Positions 15,366 to 18,742 of a DNA stretch of 18,742 nucleotides are shown piece by piece (within the stretch, counting starts at the first letter, position 1; every line of letters starts with the position of its first letter). This DNA comes from an archaeon (GTDB lineage: Archaea > Iainarchaeota > Iainarchaeia > Iainarchaeales > Iainarchaeaceae), in contig JBBSVV010000031.1 in assembly GCA_038046625.1 (NCBI GenBank), positions 1 to 18,742 on the forward strand, read 5' to 3'. The position numbers and the translations under genes were made by a program. The notes under the pieces are model-generated. The model did not search any database. It was given only the letters and a program-made list of their open reading frames with translations, and was not told the origin of the DNA.

Positions 15366-16486
15366 TGGATTACAAGGCAACAGCCCTCATTGCCGCAACC
15401 CTCATTATTTTCTCCGCCGCATATTACTCAGTGGTTTCGGAACCAAAAAGCATGGTTCTCGCGGTTTCTGTGCAGGGCAAGGAGCATTATTCGTCGCAGC
15501 CAATTGAAGTTTCAGTGAGCGCAACCGGAACGCAACTGCGGCAGCTGACGCTCGAGCTCGGCACAGAGAAAAAAACATTCGAGTGCGGAAACAAAAACGA
15601 GTGTTCCGCCAGCGCAACCTTTTCCCCCGGCGCGGGAGTTTACCAGTTAATTGCGGCGGCAACAAACTCAACCGGCAAAAATGCCGAACAGAAGCAGAGG
15701 CTGGTTGTTTCGCAGATAAAGGAATCCTGCGTAAACGGAATACCTTTCTCGGGCTGCGCGCCCGAAAAGCCGCTCTACTGCAACAATGGAATCCTCGAAA
15801 ACAACTGCGGACAATGCGGATGCAGCGGGGGCTATTACTGCTCCGCGGGAATTTGCGCTGCAGAGGCTGCGGCACTTTCGCTCAAGGAAATAATTTACCC
15901 TGAAAAAGTGCAGTCCGGAAAAAAATTTTCGGTAAAGGTTGTGGCGCAGGCGGCTTCGGATTCCGCGCAGGGCGCGAAATATGTGCTTGAGCTGAAGCTC
16001 GGCAAAAACGATGTTTCCGCGGAATTCTCAATGGGGCAACTGGATGCGGGCGAAGAAACAACGATGGAGATTCCGGGAATAACACTTGAGGACGGCACCT
16101 ACGACCTCAATGCGAGTGTATTCTCCCTCAACGCGGAGAAAGCGCAGGTGATTTCATTCTACAGGGAAAATGCCGTTTCCGCGCTTACAGATGCGGACCC
16201 GCCGCAGGCGCCCCAAATAACGGGCATTTTTGTTGAAGGAATGGACGCCGTAATTTCATGGAGCAACGTTGGCGAGGCGTCCACCTACAATGTTTACAAG
16301 AGCTTTGACGCAAACCCCGCATTCATTTCCTACAGGCTCGAAAAAACATTTGACGGCACATCAACTTCCGGCGTGATACAAGGCCTCGGAAAAGGCGCGC
16401 ACTTTTTTGTCGTAACCGCCGTTGACGCGTTCGGCAACGAGAGCCGGTACAGCAACGTGGAAAGCGTTTCCGTGGGCGCACCATAA
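15365..16486 (+). CDS. Membrane-anchored/secreted protein with Ig-like, Cys-rich and C-terminal FN3 domains
   Basis: N-terminal hydrophobic segment; CVNG...C...KPLYC..G.LENNCGQCGC....C...IC; FN3 DPPQAP...ISWS...YNVYKS...FVVTAVDAFGNES. TGATG coupling to the upstream gene. Confidence 0.85.
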   Translation: MDYKATALIAATLIIFSAAYYSVVSEPKSMVLAVSVQGKEHYSSQPIEVSVSATGTQLRQLTLELGTEKKTFECGNKNECSASATFSPGAGVYQLIAAATNSTGKNAEQKQRLVVSQIKESCVNGIPFSGCAPEKPLYCNNGILENNCGQCGCSGGYYCSAGICAAEAAALSLKEIIYPEKVQSGKKFSVKVVAQAASDSAQGAKYVLELKLGKNDVSAEFSMGQLDAGEETTMEIPGITLEDGTYDLNASVFSLNAEKAQVISFYRENAVSALTDADPPQAPQITGIFVEGMDAVISWSNVGEASTYNVYKSFDANPAFISYRLEKTFDGTSTSGVIQGLGKGAHFFVVTAVDAFGNESRYSNVESVSVGAP

Positions 16487-16496
16487 AATAAAGTAA

Positions 16497-16528
16497 TATA
16501 TATACAAAAAAACATGGTTTAGGAGTGA
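16497..16528 (+). promoter_or_regulatory. Internal TATA box and ribosome-binding site
   Basis: TATATATA at 16497-16504 after a purine-rich stretch; AGGAGTGA at 16521-16528 before ATG 16535. Confidence 0.5.
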
Positions 16529-16534
16529 GAAGAA

Positions 16535-17929
16535 ATGGGCATCATAAGAGACTTCATTAACAGAATAAAGCGCGTTTTTGCGCGAAGGCCGGAGCAGGTG
16601 CACATTGAAAAGCAACCCGCACAGCCAAAAGAAGAGGCAAAGCCCGGCCAAAAATCCGCGCCCCGCACAATCGGCGAGGCCGAATTGCAGAGTTACAGGC
16701 GCACTATCCGCGAGCTCAGGAAGCAGATTGAGGAGCTCAAGAAAAAAGTTTCCGCCCAGAAAGTCGGGCCGGAAAAAGCCATTGGCGGGGTTCAGGTCAT
16801 TTACACGCGCATCAAGGATGAGGCCAAGAACATTGACGGGGAAATGAAGAAAGTCAAGTCCCTCATGGATTTCATGGAGCGCAGCTATCTCAAAAGGAAA
16901 ATTTCCGAACAATCATTCAGGGCCAAAATGCTCGAGTACAAGGAAAAACTGCATCTCCTCGCGCTCGAGAAAAAGGAACTCGGGAACCAGAAAACAGATT
17001 TGCGCAGCACCACAAAGCAGATTCCGGGGTTTTCCTCAATAAGCCTCGACCAGATTGCCAGGACACAGGACATAGAGAAACTGCTCATGAAGCAGCAGGA
17101 AACCCTTGACAAGCTGGCGGAACGCGAACCCGTTGTTCTCGTGCAGCAGGGCCGGGATTCACAGGAGCCGGATGAGGCTGAAAGTGCTGTTCCTTTGCCA
17201 AAGAAGAAGCAGGGCAAAAAAATTGTTCCGCGAAAAACCCAAAAGAAAAAACCTATTGCAGGGAAGGCACCAACCCAGGGGAAACAGGTTTTTGTTGCGC
17301 AGCCCGCAATTGTTTCGCAGAGCCCCCGGAAGCAGGTGCAGTTCGTGAAGCAGCAATTAAGCTCCGTTCCGGATTCCAAAAAAATAACCACGTTCCTCGA
17401 GCACAAGGCAGAGGGAAAGATAGACCACCAGAAGCTTGTCGAACTCGAAGCGAAAATGGGCCAGCTGATGGAGCGCTACAGCATCCCCGAGAAGCAGATT
17501 GAGGACTCACTGAAGGACACTTCCACGCAGAACCTCGTCGAATCCATAAACAAGCTGCTCAGCATTATAGAGCTCGAGAAAAAGGCGGATTCGAAACTCA
17601 AGGAGCCGGAACGCATCGAAACCGCGATGCGCTTTACAACCCCGATGAAGCAGATTGACGAGGTAAAGGGAATAGCCACTGAAATAAAGAAGCACCGTAT
17701 CGTGACGGATTTCGACAGGGTGCTCATGTACATACTGGAGAACGAAAGGGCAAGCTTCGGAAAAATTTCAAAGGAACTCAGCATTCCCGGAAAGCGCGTG
17801 GAGGAATGCTGCAAAATACTCAAGGATGAAAGCCAGATAGAAGTAATCTATCCTGTTGTGGGGGACCCGATTGCGCAAAAACTTGACTATTATGCGGGAA
17901 CAAAAAAGGATAAGAAACAAAAGAGGTGA
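16535..17929 (+). CDS. Cytoplasmic coiled-coil protein with K/Q/P-rich linker and C-terminal winged-helix-like domain
   Basis: 464 aa, charged heptad-like helices, no hydrophobic segment. C-terminal IVTDFDRVLMYILENERASFGKISKELSIPGKRVEECCKILKDESQIEVIYP. Confidence 0.82.
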   Translation: MGIIRDFINRIKRVFARRPEQVHIEKQPAQPKEEAKPGQKSAPRTIGEAELQSYRRTIRELRKQIEELKKKVSAQKVGPEKAIGGVQVIYTRIKDEAKNIDGEMKKVKSLMDFMERSYLKRKISEQSFRAKMLEYKEKLHLLALEKKELGNQKTDLRSTTKQIPGFSSISLDQIARTQDIEKLLMKQQETLDKLAEREPVVLVQQGRDSQEPDEAESAVPLPKKKQGKKIVPRKTQKKKPIAGKAPTQGKQVFVAQPAIVSQSPRKQVQFVKQQLSSVPDSKKITTFLEHKAEGKIDHQKLVELEAKMGQLMERYSIPEKQIEDSLKDTSTQNLVESINKLLSIIELEKKADSKLKEPERIETAMRFTTPMKQIDEVKGIATEIKKHRIVTDFDRVLMYILENERASFGKISKELSIPGKRVEECCKILKDESQIEVIYPVVGDPIAQKLDYYAGTKKDKKQKR

Positions 17930-17935
17930 GGCTGA

Positions 17936-18742
17936 ATGGCTGACAAACTGCTGAAGGAATACGAAATCGAGTCCGAGGGAGTAAAAATAGGCGTGAAGGT
18001 GGTCTTCCGTGAAGGCGAATTCGTGCGCAGCTACCTTCTCGACATCCCTGAATACGGTCCGGGCACAAAGGCGCTGCTCGAAAGCCTCAAGCAGAGCATA
18101 ATAATGGATTCCACCATAAAGGCCGAGCGCCTTCTTGACCCTAAATTCATAGGCTCTTTGAAACAGCAGTTCCGCGACAAGGCCGAAATAATACTCAAAA
18201 AGGAATTGCCGCAGATAGACGATGAAACGAAGAACGCGCTCACAGGAATACTGCTTCATGACGTGCTCGGATTGGGGAAAATAGAGTTCCTTCTCAGTGA
18301 CGGCAACCTCGAAGAAATTGTCATCAACAATTCCAAGGAACCGGTTTCGGTTTACCACAAGGAATTCGGCTGGCTCAGAACCAACATCCTCATTGAAACC
18401 GAGGAGGAAATCCAGAACTACGCGAACATAATCGCGAGGCGTGGCGGAAAGCAGATAACGATTCTCTCGCCGCTGCTGGACACTCATCTTGTCACAGGGG
18501 ACAGGGCAAACGCAACCTTGTTCCCGATAAGCAGCAAAGGAAACACGATTACAATAAGGCGCTTCCGCAGGGACCCTTGGACAGTAACCGATTTCATAAA
18601 GAACAAAACCGTGAACTCCGAAGTAATGGCCCTCATCTGGATGTGCATGCAGTACGAACTCAACATTGTGCTTTCAGGCGGAACGGCATCAGGAAAAACA
18701 AGCCTCCTGAATGTCTGCCTCGTGTTCATCCAGCCCAACCAC
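17936..18742 (+). CDS. Type II/IV secretion system (VirB11/CpaF/FlaI-like) pilus assembly ATPase, 3' end outside window
   Basis: Manual translation: MADKLLKEYEI...LGLGKIEFLLSDGNLEEIVINN...VYHKEFGW...SPLLD.HL..GDRANAT...TITIRRF...Walker A GGTASGKT. GAGGTGA precedes the ATG. Not in the ORF track. Confidence 0.95.
   Translation, partial: MADKLLKEYEIESEGVKIGVKVVFREGEFVRSYLLDIPEYGPGTKALLESLKQSIIMDSTIKAERLLDPKFIGSLKQQFRDKAEIILKKELPQIDDETKNALTGILLHDVLGLGKIEFLLSDGNLEEIVINNSKEPVSVYHKEFGWLRTNILIETEEEIQNYANIIARRGGKQITILSPLLDTHLVTGDRANATLFPISSKGNTITIRRFRRDPWTVTDFIKNKTVNSEVMALIWMCMQYELNIVLSGGTASGKTSLLNVCLVFIQPNH

Noticed and set aside
17768..18738. Minus-strand ORFs of 70-239 aa
   Set aside because: They are antisense to the clearly recognisable ATPase and the upstream gene.
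17936..18742. Calling the ATPase flaI/arlI (archaellum)
   Set aside because: No archaellin, FlaH or FlaF/G genes are in view; the neighbours are pilin-like.

Overview
Archaeal DNA, most likely from a DPANN lineage. The evidence is archaeal TATA boxes with short or no leaders, GGAGG/GGTG ribosome-binding motifs, class III signal peptides and a VirB11-type ATPase; assignment to Diapherotrites/Iainarchaeota is only an impression. The window has three blocks. (1) 1-4940: a >1,646-aa secreted multidomain surface protein on the minus strand, missing from the ORF track because it runs off the left edge. It contains Cys-rich, IDPT/DNRLRE-like, interleaved FN3, LamG and lectin/CBM-like segments. (2) About 5000-10320: an accessory patch with four type II toxin-antitoxin pairs, a PfkB kinase, a transglutaminase-like protein lacking its catalytic Cys, and four IS200/IS605-type end hairpins with other palindromes but no transposase. 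(3) 10399-18742: a type IV pilus-like locus. It encodes five class III signal peptide proteins (one a nested pilin/Ig/VWA/LVIVD-propeller/CARDB adhesin), a Cys-rich FN3 protein, a coiled-coil/wHTH protein and a truncated secretion ATPase. The strongest unexplained signals are a D-x-N tripeptide enriched in exported but not cytoplasmic proteins, the orphan IS605-type ends around a TA pair, and the nested adhesin architectures. All domain calls come from motif recognition by eye and all counts were made by hand.
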